Positions 11,974 through 23,761 of a stretch of DNA of 46,246 nt are shown here, piece by piece (the first letter of the stretch is position 1; each line of letters opens with the position of its first letter). The notes under the pieces are model-generated. The model saw only the letters and a program-made list of their open reading frames with translations, was not told the DNA's origin and did no database searches. Both the position numbers and the translations under genes were made by a program. The DNA is from Octopus bimaculoides (taxonomy: Eukaryota), in NCBI RefSeq assembly GCF_001194135.2, contig NC_068997.1:53290552-53336797 (forward strand), read 5' to 3'.

Positions 11974-12332
11974 AAAAAAATATTATTTTAGTAGGTTACT
12001 ATTGTTCCTTCGTTAATGGTCTACGTATGTGTTTTTTTTTAATATGAACAGGAGTATTATTTTTTGCATTTTATGTTTCTTTGATTTTTACCATTTTGTT
12101 GGGATTGTTGCTTTTGTGGTTGTTGTCGTTGTTGTTGCTGTTGTTGTGGTTGTTGTTGTTATTGCTGTCACTGTTGTAGTCGTTGTTTGTCGTTTGATTG
12201 TGGTCAATTATTTCCTTGTTTTGCCCCGATATTTTTGGTCCGTAATCAACAATATCATATTGCAAAATTGTATTGTTGCTGGCATTTAGCCATCATTAAA
12301 TAAAGACGGATATAAAGTCATACCAGCCCAAA

Positions 12333-12371
<39 letters not shown>

Positions 12372-13074
12372 TCACATTCACTTTCAGATATATGACACGC
12401 GTGTATGTAGTGAGTATGCCTGTGTATANNNNNNNNNNNNNNNNNNNNNNNNNNNNNNNNNNNNNNNNNNNNNNNNNNNNNNNNNNNNNNNNNNNNNNNN
12501 NNNNNNNNNNNNNNNNNNNNNNNNNNNNNNNNNNNNNNNNNNNNNNNNNNNNNNNNNNNNNNNNNNNNNNNNNNNNNNNNNNNNNNNNNNNNNNNNNNNN
12601 NNNNNNNNNNNNNNNNNNNNNNNNNNNNNNNNNNNNNNNNNNNNNNNNNNNNNNNNNNNNNNNNNNNNNNNNNNNNNNNNNNNNNNNNNNNNNNNNNNNN
12701 NNNNNNNNNNNNNNNNNNNNNNNNNNNNNNNNNNNNNNNNNNNNNNNNNNNNNNNNNNNNNNNNNNNNNNNNNNNNNNNNNNNNNNNNNNNNNNNNNNNN
12801 NNNNNNNNNNNNNNNNNNNNNNNNNNNNNNNNNNNNNNNNNNNNNNNNNNNNNNNNNNNNNNNNNNNNNNNNNNNNNNNNNNNNNNNNNNNNNNNNNNNN
12901 NNNNNNNNNNNNNNNNNNNNNNNNNNNNNNNNNNNNNNNNNNNNNNNNNNNNNNNNNNNNNNNNNNNNNNNNNNNNNNNNNNNNNNNNNNNNNNNNNNNN
13001 NNNNNNNNNNNNNNNNNNNNNNNNNNNNNNNNNNNNNNNNNNNNNNNNNNNNNNNNNNNNNNNNNNNNNNNNNN

Positions 13075-13119
<45 letters not shown>

Positions 13120-13778
13120 GCATAGAAATACATACATACGCGTACACACATAAATATATATATATATATATAAATATGCATATATATATATAAATCTTTA
13201 TATACATATATATCTGTGTGTTAGTGCGTATGTATATCTATACGCTTATATGTAAATATAATACACACACACACACACACACAAATACGCCAACAAAATT
13301 AATGAAGCCAACCAACCAACAAACCAGCCAACCAACCTACCAAGAAGCATTAAAACGAATGAGTGATTGTATCAATGAATGAAACACATAGAAGGAAGAG
13401 GGGAGAGGAAGGAGGAAGAGGAGGGGGTCGTAGAGAAATGAATGAATTCCCGTAGGGTGTGGTCAAAATTTAGTATTCATTCTTTAGTATTTATTTAGCG
13501 AGAGCTTGTGGGGTGGGGGATACAGATGACCCCCCCACCTCCTTGCTTAGTTCCTCATCACATTCATAAGGAAATCATATTTATTTTGGCGCTAAACTAA
13601 CAGAAATTGTAGAACACCCAAATAAATGGTATTTATCAAGTATTTAGTTTTGGTTGTATTACAACCCAGGTTCAAACTCCGCCCGATTCTATTTATAAAT
13701 TAAGAACCATTCCTTGGCGGATGGGATCAGTGGTGCACTCAGAAACTTGGTGACCTCCGATTTGTGTGGCGTCATGCC

Positions 13779-14333
13779 TATCTTTTAGATCATTGCTGGT
13801 TTCAGTCATCACACTGCGGTCATGCTGGAGTACTCACCTGAAAGAATTTTAGTCAAACGAATTGACACCGTTACTTGATTCCTGCTCCCTTTCTTATGCG
13901 AACGGCTAAGTTACGTGGATGTATACATACCAACACCAGTTGTCAAGCAATGGTGGGGGGGACAAACGCTGACACAAAGGCATACACGCACCCACAGACG
14001 CATACACACACATGCACACAGACACACACACGCAACCAAAACGGAGACGAACACCGCTGTTGCATGTGATAGGCTTGATAAGTGTTGAGGTATTCCTGAG
14101 CATGAAACTAATGGTAGCCTTAATACACAAATCACGTATCTTTGTCCACTAATACAGTTTCGAACACTCATTCTCATTGTTCAATGTTTACGTGCACACA
14201 CACACACACACACACGACGGGCTTCTTTCAGTTTCCGTCTACCAAATCCGCTCACAAGGTTTTGGGATACCCGATTCTAGAGTAGAAAACATTTGGTTTG
14301 GAATCAATCTTCTTACCACAGAGTCATACCTGC
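13779..14333 (-). mobile_element. SINE family A, degenerate and internally rearranged
   Basis: 13779-13975 matches the reverse complement of the 3' half of 7511-7962, and 14216-14333 matches the 5' half (GACGGGCTTCTTTCAGTTTCCGTCTACCAAATCCGCTCACAAGG). Confidence 0.75.
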
Positions 14334-14817
14334 TTCTATGTGGGAGGGGTTGATATTGTCTTTTGGTAGAAATGATATACATTTTGAGATTACTATAAGA
14401 ATGAATAAATCGACGTTGAAAGAAAACGAACGAAGAAATAAGGCAAAAGTATTAAAGAACAATGAACAAAGGACGTAATGTAAATAGAATGAAACTGAAG
14501 GAATAAACGAATCGAAATTGAACAGGAATGAATGTATGAATGAACCGATAATCTTGATCGAAAATAAACGTGGGAATGAAATGAAATTATTGAACAAAAA
14601 TAAACGAGTGAACGAATCGAAATTAGTAAAAGGACGATGGATTCAAAATCAAAAGAGAGCGAACGAATGAATGAACCGAAGTTACAAAATGAGAATGAAT
14701 GACTGAATAGGTGAAAATGGAATTAAAATGATTGAACGTATCAACTGAAATTATTGTGCAACAGAACGAAACAAAATGGAACAGAGAGAAAGGTAGAGAG
14801 GGAGAGANNNNNNNNNN

Positions 14818-14881
<64 letters not shown>

Positions 14882-15485
14882 GTGACAGAGAAAGAAAGAA
14901 AAGAGAGAGAGTTAGTGGGGATAGAGTGAGGGAGAGAGATTTGCGTAGGATTTGTGTGAGAGAGAGACAGAGAGAGACAGAAATAATATGGGAGTGAAGA
15001 GGGGTGTGCGTGCGTATGTGTATTGCGTATGTGAGGGAGAGAAAGGGAGAATGAAGGGAAGAGAGAGAGAAGAAGAGATAGATAGAGAGAGAGGAAAGTA
15101 AGACATATTCGACTAAAAGGTATTGCAAAAAACCCAAAATTTGTGAATCGGACGCGAAATGAGATAATGAAAATTTGAAGAATTTGGACGTCAGTCCAAC
15201 AGGATTGTAAATGGATAGTGAAATGAGCCGTTGTTGGTTGTATATATTTAGCTTGTTTACAATTCGAGTGTGTATCACATAATTACAATATTACTACATA
15301 ATACATCATACTAAACATATATACATACGTACACATATACATACACATACACATTAGCTATATGTGTATGTATTTATGTATTTATGTATGCAGGTTTATA
15401 TCATATTACTGCATATATCACGATTTCAAATGATTTCAATATTTTCACATTAACTCTTTCATTTGTTTTATATATTTATTTGTAG

Positions 15486-15580
15486 GAAACGTGACCTTCT
15501 ACTTAGGTCTGTCTGGAAGTGGAACATTTTTCATTGCCTCATATGTTGTTACTGCAGCCGCGAATCGCAATCCTCCCTAA
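15486..15580 (+). CDS. Candidate terminal exon, (G)NVTFYLGLSGSGTFFIASYVVTAAANRNPP*
   Basis: Strong U-rich acceptor TTTATATATTTATTTGTAG; phase 1 open for 30 codons, hydrophobic stretch then a polar tail. Confidence 0.35.
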
Positions 15581-15901
15581 TCCTGTGTGTTGTCTGGTTT
15601 CTATGTTAAATTCTTGTTTATGAAATTAATGTTAGAATGGTAGTAATACTTAATGTCACTCTTGACTAGTTACCAATGAACTGGACACCAGAATCAAAGC
15701 TATGATTATATTTTAATTTCAGACGATTAAAACTTAATCAAATTCGAATACATAACAAGGCAGTGACTTATCATCTTTTGTTGCTAGATTTCGGGACGGC
15801 CGTTATCATTGTTTTCTTTCTCTTGCCAAAGAAACACACGCAATGTGTATTCGTTCTTTACTTCAGCTTTATTATTACTTTTAATTTAGTGTCCTTTATC
15901 T

Positions 15902-15937
15902 GAAAATCTTTCGTCACACATCCTGTGACCTCTTCAG
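15902..15937 (-). ncRNA. Hammerhead-ribozyme-like core motif; activity doubtful
   Basis: The minus strand reads CTGAAGA-G-GTCACA-GGATG-TGTGAC-GAAA-GATTTTC: both conserved core boxes around a perfect 6-bp stem II. A stem I is not evident. Confidence 0.35.
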
Positions 15938-15995
15938 CGGCTCTCTATCCCACGCGTCTCCTCCTGTGCTGTTTAGTTCATTCTCGCTGAAGAGT

Positions 15996-16117
15996 CGCCG
16001 AAAGGATGAAAGGCAGAGTCGACGTGGGCGGAATTTGAACTCAGAACGTAAATACGCACGAAATACCGTTAAGCATTTTGCCTGGCGTGCCAACGATTCT
16101 ACGAGCTCGCCGCCTTA
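15996..16117 (-). mobile_element. SINE family B, 3'-truncated
   Basis: Reverse complement TAAGGCGGCGAGCTCGTAGAATCGTTGGCACGCC...GTTCTGAGTTCAAATTCCGCC...CTTTCATCCTTTCGG. Confidence 0.85.
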
Positions 16118-16192
16118 AACAGGAAAAATAACAACCTTTAAAATGGATCAAACCTGCTAAAATAGCAGGAAAAGGGATTCAATATCACTCAC

Positions 16193-16240
16193 CGTTTCTG
16201 GCAGACATTTGACACCCAGGAACACCACGCACTTTACCAT
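16193..16240 (-). CDS. Candidate initiating exon MVKCVVFLGVKCLPET
   Basis: AAAATGG start context at 16240, upstream in-frame TAA, canonical donor ACG/GTGAGT at 16192, phase 0. Confidence 0.3.
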
Positions 16241-16364
16241 TTTCTCGAGCGGATTTTTTTATTTAATCTTACGTTGGCTCTGACCCAAAACAAATCAGTT
16301 CAAAATCGTTCCGTTCTTGACAATTTGTAGTTAAATCCAATAATACGCCCTTGTTTTTTTACAG

Positions 16365-16420
16365 GAGTAAAATATGCGAATTCATGGAGACTAGACTTGT
16401 TTGCTATTTTAGGGAGATAA
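16365..16420 (+). CDS. Candidate terminal exon (G)VKYANSWRLDLFAILGR*
   Basis: Strong acceptor CCCTTGTTTTTTTACAG; phase 1 open to TAA 16418-16420. Phase 2 is also open, to 16560. Confidence 0.25.
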
Positions 16421-17244
16421 CAAAATGTCCGAGCTATAGTATCAAATATTTCATATATAGTTCCGTACTGCCATCTTTAACATGTTCATGTACATTCGAA
16501 CATGGAAAGACAATACACAGTAAAAATTGTCTCGAGAGAATACATCTTCTTTATAAATAATCTGGATGTAAATATAACACTAGGTCATGAATAACGCCAG
16601 TGGACTTTAGAACGCGTGCGTTTCTGCATCATTACGCTTCTCAGTTAATAGAGTCCTCCATTCTAGAAATTTGAGGGGCCAGGGGGAAAGGTCCGAGCTC
16701 ATAGTTTATGTTGGGCCTTTCAACTTATATATAATAGAATATAGAGTGAGAATAGAAGGAGTCCCATTCGTTTTTTTCTATATTCCAGCACTCCACTTTC
16801 AAGTTCTTACTCGTTTTAACTAAACCTGCATTATTTCTGTAGGATATTCCTACATACTAGTCCGCCTCTGTCTAAGCACACATGCACATACACACACTCA
16901 CGCACGCGCACGCACATACACACACACACACACACACAAACACATACACACACACAAACAAATGCATAAATACTCACATGGGCATATTATATTCATATCA
17001 CTCTCTTGTTCTCTTTATCTCTCACATTGTATCTCTCTTTCATTCACGTCTCTCGCGTTTGCATCATTCCTCAGTTTACATCACAAACGCTGAAAAATGT
17101 ATCGTCACACACACACGCACACACACACACACACTAACACACATTTATACGCACTCTCTGGCAAACACATTCATGTACACATGCGTATTAAAATACTCAT
17201 ACATATGTGCGCATATATATATATATANNNNNNNNNNCTCTCTA

Positions 17245-17279
<35 letters not shown>

Positions 17280-17425
17280 GTCCTTTTCAAACTCCCTAGA
17301 CCCTATAACCCCACCACATCAGCCATCACTGTATTTCTTTTATGAAACACAATATTCTTCTCTTGGTTTTCTGTTAAGTTGTCATTCATTTCTTATTCCA
17401 ATACCGCCATTGTTAAATTACCACC

Positions 17426-17489
<64 letters not shown>

Positions 17490-17621
17490 TTGCTATGCTC
17501 CTTGTCGTTGTTGTTCTTGATGATCAATTTATGAATACCTTCGAGTTTTAATATCCGTTTTAAAGAATAAATTATCGCGAAGTTACAATGGCTGATATTA
17601 GCGGGACAAAAGCCTGTTTGA

Positions 17622-17695
17622 TTAAACCGCTGACGAAATGTTATCTAAGTTAATATCGCCATTGTTGCTGAAAGAGATGGCTGCAAGCCCTAAGC
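17622..17695 (-). CDS. Candidate terminal exon (G)LGLAAISFSNNGDINLDNISSAV*
   Basis: Strong acceptor TTCTTGATTCTGTTGTGTGTTTTTAG; phase 1 open for 23 codons; phase-compatible with exon 22568-22630. Confidence 0.35.
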
Positions 17696-17816
17696 CTAAA
17701 AACACACAACAGAATCAAGAAAATGTTCCGATCGAGACGCATTGGAAACGTTTGCTGTGACAAATACATTACAAGCTACGATTTGTTTGGTGGATGACCT
17801 CGAAAATAATAATAAT

Positions 17817-17890
<74 letters not shown>

Positions 17891-18715
17891 TAATAATAAG
17901 AAGAAGAAGAAGAAGAAGATGATGGTGAAGTGTATATTCGCGCCAGATANNNNNNNNNNNNNNNNNNNNNNNNNNNNNNNNNNNNNNNNNNNNNNNNNNN
18001 NNNNNNNNNNNNNNNNNNNNNNNNNNNNNNNNNNNNNNNNNNNNNNNNNNNNNNNNNNNNNNNNNNNNNNNNNNNNNNNNNNNNNNNNNNNNNNNNNNNN
18101 NNNNNNNNNNNNNNNNNNNNNNNNNNNNNNNNNNNNNNNNNNNNNNNNNNNNNNNNNNNNNNNNNNNNNNNNNNNNNNNNNNNNNNNNNNNNNNNNNNNN
18201 NNNNNNNNNNNNNNNNNNNNNNNNNNNNNNNNNNNNNNNNNNNNNNNNNNNNNNNNNNNNNNNNNNNNNNNNNNNNNNNNNNNNNNNNNNNNNNNNNNNN
18301 NNNNNNNNNNNNNNNNNNNNNNNNNNNNNNNNNNNNNNNNNNNNNNNNNNNNNNNNNNNNNNNNNNNNNNNNNNNNNNNNNNNNNNNNNNNNNNNNNNNN
18401 NNNNNNNNNNNNNNNNNNNNNNNNNNNNNNNNNNNNNNNNNNNNNNNNNNNNNNNNNNNNNNNNNNNNNNNNNNNNNNNNNNNNNNNNNNNNNNNNNNNN
18501 NNNNNNNNNNNNNNNNNNNNNNNNNNNNNNNNNNNNNNNNNNNNNNNNNNNNNNNNNNNNNNNNNNNNNNNNNNNNNNNNNNNNNNNNNNNNNNNNNNNN
18601 NNNNNNNNNNNNNNNNNNNNNNNNNNNNNNNNNNNNNNNNNNNNNNNNNNNNNNNNNNNNNNNNNNNNNNNNNNNNNNNNNNNNNNNNNNNNNNNNNNNN
18701 NNNNNNNNNNNNNNN

Positions 18716-18778
<63 letters not shown>

Positions 18779-19335
18779 TAGAAAAATATGAATATATGTA
18801 TCTATGTATTTCTATACCGACATCTTTCTCTCTATGTCTGTTTTTCCGTTTGTTTGTCTGTCTATCTGTCTTTCTATCTATCTGTCTGTTTGTCTGTGTG
18901 TGTGTCTCTTTCTCTCTATAGGTACATACATATATATTCACATATACATTCATATACAGTGAAAGAGAGATTGATAGGTGGTGGTGGTGGGGTGAGAGCG
19001 AATAAGACCGATAGACAGATAGAGACTTCGGTTGATAGATAGATTGATACGTACCAACATACGTACATACATGAATACAAAGAAGAGACATGTGCGTATG
19101 TATGTATTCACAGATGCACATTGATATGTATATGCGTATACATATAGATGTGTGCTTTCCTCTGCGTATATATGCGTCCATCCTATGTATCTACAAGCTC
19201 GTGTATACACATCGCTGTCTATGGCAGTGAATTCTTTGATTGTTCAACTTCCTGTCTTTGATTAGGCACCGGGTAAATTCATTTTTATAACAGCCTCTAC
19301 ATAATTGTTTATCTCAATAGCAATAACAACAACAC

Positions 19336-19408
<73 letters not shown>

Positions 19409-20910
19409 CGCCTGATTGGTCACTGATTAAGATGTCAAAAATTCTATAGGTTTTTATCAATTCTTGCTTCTGTGATTAACTTTCGACTTTTCGAAAACCA
19501 AAATCAATTTCTGAATTTTTCCTTAATTGTGCCGAGTTCTTTATTAAACATTGNNNNNNNNNNNNNNNNNNNNNNNNNNNNNNNNNNNNNNNNNNNNNNN
19601 NNNNNNNNNNNNNNNNNNNNNNNNNNNNNNNNNNNNNNNNNNNNNNNNNNNNNNNNNNNNNNNNNNNNNNNNNNNNNNNNNNNNNNNNNNNNNNNNNNNN
19701 NNNNNNNNNNNNNNNNNNNNNNNNNNNNNNNNNNNNNNNNNNNNNNNNNNNNNNNNNNNNNNNNNNNNNNNNNNNNNNNNNNNNNNNNNNNNNNNNNNNN
19801 NNNNNNNNNNNNNNNNNNNNNNNNNNNNNNNNNNNNNNNNNNNNNNNNNNNNNNNNNNNNNNNNNNNNNNNNNNNNNNNNNNNNNNNNNNNNNNNNNNNN
19901 NNNNNNNNNNNNNNNNNNNNNNNNNNNNNNNNNNNNNNNNNNNNNNNNNNNNNNNNNNNNNNNNNNNNNNNNNNNNNNNNNNNNNNNNNNNNNNNNNNNN
20001 NNNNNNNNNNNNNNNNNNNNNNNNNNNNNNNNNNNNNNNNNNNNNNNNNNNNNNNNNNNNNNNNNNNNNNNNNNNNNNNNNNNNNNNNNNNNNNNNNNNN
20101 NNNNNNNNNNNNNNNNNNNNNNNNNNNNNNNNNNNNNNNNNNNNNNNNNNNNNNNNNNNNNNNNNNNNNNNNNNNNNNNNNNNNNNNNNNNNNNNNNNNN
20201 NNNNNNNNNNNNNNNNNNNNNNNNNNNNNNNNNNNNNNNNNNNNNNNNNNNNNNNNNNNNNNNNNNNNNNNNNNNNNNNNNNNNNNNNNNNNNNNNNNNN
20301 NNNNNNNNNNNNNNNNNNNNNNNNNNNNNNNNNNNNNNCATCTATTTATATGCTTATTTATATGTGTGTATGTGTGAAAGTTCTTGCTAGTGCAGAATCT
20401 AAAGACACGAAGCTATGATGAAACTCTGCTGCCCAGGAATTAAATTGGTGAATGATTAAATATGGAATTTCGCAAAATTTCAATTGTTTGGATTAAATTT
20501 AAGAAAAGAGATAACACAAACACACGCATTCATACATAGACGCAGAGACATGGTGAGAGATGTAGAGTGTGAGGGGAAAGAGAGTGAGGGGCAGATGGAG
20601 AGAGAGGTGGGGATGGAAAGTGGAAGAGAGAGAGAGAAAGAGAGAGAGAGAAAGAGAGAGAGAGCGTAGTGAGAGAGATAGATAGAGAGAAAGAGAGAGA
20701 GAAATTAACGGAATTTAAGTGCAAAATTCGGAACCAATGTAAATATCTTTGCCATTCAATCCTTTGTGTCCTACCTTCCGACGTGGAGCACTCTATATTT
20801 CAATTTATTATTCACTAATATATGCATTCAAATAACCACTTCAAATATACAATCATAACTCTGCATATATATACATATACATATATACATACATATATAT
20901 GCATACATGC

Positions 20911-20965
<55 letters not shown>

Positions 20966-21357
20966 GAGAAAATAGAAATATCGGTCAGAAAAGTTGATTA
21001 ACTTATCCAACAGGATATAGATTTTTTATGAAACATGAGAAATTTTGGTGATTACTTGCTTCGATGATGATGATGATGATGATAATGTTCACATTTAATG
21101 CGATTAAGTAACTTTTTCTCTTATTTATTTAATATTTTTTAATTATTATATCATATTATTATTATTGTTGTTGTTGTTATTGCTTTTTCTTATTTTGATT
21201 ACATAAGGTGGCGTGGGATTCGAAATTTATGACTCGTTGATATCAGAAAAATATAAATGTTCTGTCCCATATCTTAGCGTTAAGAGCTCTTATCACTTCC
21301 ATGTTGATCACATTTTCGATTTGATTCGGCGGAGACGATAAATTCTGAATCACTCAG

Positions 21358-21378
21358 ATGGATGCCGAACCGTTATGG
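21358..21378 (+). CDS. Candidate small upstream exon (..GCRTVMG or MDAEPLW)
   Basis: Donor TGG/GTAAGC at 21379; possible acceptor TCACTCAG at 21357. Confidence 0.25.
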
Positions 21379-21763
21379 GTAAGCAAATTCATTTCACAAC
21401 TCTGTTGTTCGTAATTCGAACTTCTTATATGACTTCATGTCTGGAAATCTCATCTGTCAGCGTTTCATGTTCATGGTGAAATAACACTCGTTTTCTAAGT
21501 GTCAGATCTACCTATGTTGGCATATATAACTAATGAAAAAGTCATGGCACGATATGCAATACTCAAAGGTAAAACAAAAGTAAAATCTTTAAAATATCGA
21601 CGCTAAACTACATAAAAATATCTGGAAGTAAATGTCACAAAATTTAAGCGACCGAGCGATGGAACATAGAGCTGTTTGTTAAAAGGTTCCGAATTCCATT
21701 TCAATGACGGTTCTATTTTCAAAATTATTGTATCGTGCTGCTCTAAAGTCTTATATATTTTAG

Positions 21764-22011
21764 GCTGCGAAGTTTGCCGGGAATATTACAGTGGTTAGAA
21801 TAGCCTGAAACATCGTAAAAGAGTGACGTTACACCTTCAACAAATTGAGCAGCTATGCATGAGAAAAAGTGACCTGTGTCAACATACTGTTGCATGCTGT
21901 CGTGACGTTGAAGGAGAGGGGCTGGATCCTGCTCAATTTTTTGTATGTTCCACCATTAACGATCTTACAATCTGGCGATCATCAATACACCGTAAAGGCT
22001 GTAATGTATGA
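21764..22011 (+). pseudogene. Candidate Cys-rich exon with one in-frame TAG (pseudo-exon or edited exon)
   Basis: Acceptor CTTATATATTTTAG. Phase 1 reads GCEVCREYYSG*NSLKHRKRVTLHLQQIEQLCMRKSDLCQHTVACCRDVEGEGLDPAQFFVCSTINDLTIWRSSIHRKGCNV*. An overlapping open frame runs 21869-22081. Confidence 0.3.
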
Positions 22012-22567
22012 TATGAACAGCTACAACGGATACTACAAGGTCCTGGCCAGTAGGAAGAGACAGAACAGGCGTTCTGACTGAGCACGCACGTTACAATTTA
22101 TCCAATATCTTATGAACAGGGTTTTACTTATAATTTTTGGATGTGATATCGAGTTTTACGTTTTTTTGCAAACTATCAAATTTAGTCTCCACACTGTGTA
22201 TATATATATATATATATATATGTACATATGTATGTGTAAGTAGGTTGGTAGGTAAAAAGATAAATAGGTATGTATATAAGCATACATACACACATACATA
22301 TATGTAAATATGTATGTGTGTATGTATTTATATATATATATACATATACATACACACACACATATATATATATAGAATGATAGATAGATAGATTGATAAA
22401 TAGATAGATAGATGTGAACAAAGATATAAACATGAATATATATGGATAGATATCTACATACATATACACACACATATATATATATGTGTTTGAGTATATA
22501 CATATATATATGTGTGTGTTTGTGTGTGTGTGTATAAAGTTGCATGCACACACACACATGTGCTCAC

Positions 22568-22630
22568 CTATGTACAAGCTGCGGTATCCAAAGACATGCA
22601 CCGGCACCAAATTGTTCCGCACTTTGTCAC
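22568..22630 (-). CDS. Candidate 63-nt exon, (G)DKVRNNLVPVHVFGYRSLYI(G) in phase 1-1
   Basis: Best splice pair in the window: acceptor CTCTCCTGATTTACAG and donor TAG/GTGAGC, in a unique island. The phase-0 alternative is VTKCGTIWCRCMSLDTAACT*. Confidence 0.55.
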   Translation of the reverse strand: MTKCGTIWCRCMSLDTAACT

Positions 22631-22694
22631 CTGTAAATCAGGAGAGTTTATGGTGAAAATGTCAGAAATCAATGATGGCGGCCGAGAATCGACG

Positions 22695-22771
22695 ACGACG
22701 ACGACAAGAAGAAGAAGAAGAAGAAGAAGAAGAAGAAGAAGAAGAAGAAGAAGAAGAAGAAGAAGAAGAAG

Positions 22772-22806
<35 letters not shown>

Positions 22807-22966
22807 ACACAAAAATAAAGACATCAACAACGGTAACAATAACAGCAGCGACAATAACGTCAATGACGTCGACCTCAACAAAGAAACCAACTGCAACAAC
22901 GAACAACAACGAACAACAACAACAACGAACAACAACAACAACGAACAACAACAACAACGAACAACG

Positions 22967-22998
<32 letters not shown>

Positions 22999-23060
22999 CT
23001 ATAACAAAAGTATTTAAAACAACATGAACAACAACAACAACGACGGCGACGATGTTGAAA
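22695..23060. repeat. Compound (GAC)n(AAG)n(AAC)n microsatellite
   Basis: Direct inspection. Confidence 0.9.
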
Positions 23061-23443
23061 CAACCGCAACAACAATAATAAAGAAAAGAAAATGTGAAAG
23101 CGGAGCGACGACAGTAAATCGAACAACAAATATTGACAAGAAAAAAAATCAGCAACAATGGCGTCACTAAAGAGGAGTTTGATGCGTTTGGCGCAGTTTG
23201 ACAGACAATTGTTTTCATTTGAATTCATGTTTGTCTTTCATTGAATCAATGTTTTTTACCCCTTCCCCTACTCCTCTCTCCCTACTCCTCTCTCCCCACT
23301 CTCTCTCTTTCTCTCTCTTTTTTCTTTATCTGTCTCTCTGTCACACTCCCTCTCTCACTATTCATTGCCAAGCTTCTTTTTACCTACCCCAGTTTTCTCT
23401 CCATCTCTTCTCTTTTTCTCTCTTTCTTTCTCTCTCACACACA

Positions 23444-23481
<38 letters not shown>

Positions 23482-23698
23482 NNNNNNNNNNNNNNNNNNN
23501 NNNNNNNNNNNNNNNNNNNNNNNNNNNNNNNNNNNNNNNNNNNNNNNNNNNNNNNNNNNNNNNNNNNNNNNNNNNNNNNNNNNNNNNNNNNNNNNNNNNN
23601 NNNNNNNNNNNNNNNNNNNNNNNNNNNNNNNNNNNNNNNNNNNNNNNNNNNNNNNNNNNNNNNNNNNNNNNNNNNNNNNNNNNNNNNNNNNNNNNNNN

Positions 23699-23729
<31 letters not shown>

Positions 23730-23761
23730 CACACACACACATATATATGCACAAAGATATA

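Noticed and set aside
22568-22630. Resemblance of RNNLVPVHVF and SLYIG to DEG/ENaC or claudin motifs
   Set aside because: Spacing and hydrophobic length do not fit either family, so no gene symbol was assigned.
23140-23200. Plus-strand NGVTKEEFDAF resembling an EF-hand
   Set aside because: Too short, a stop follows, and there is no acceptor.
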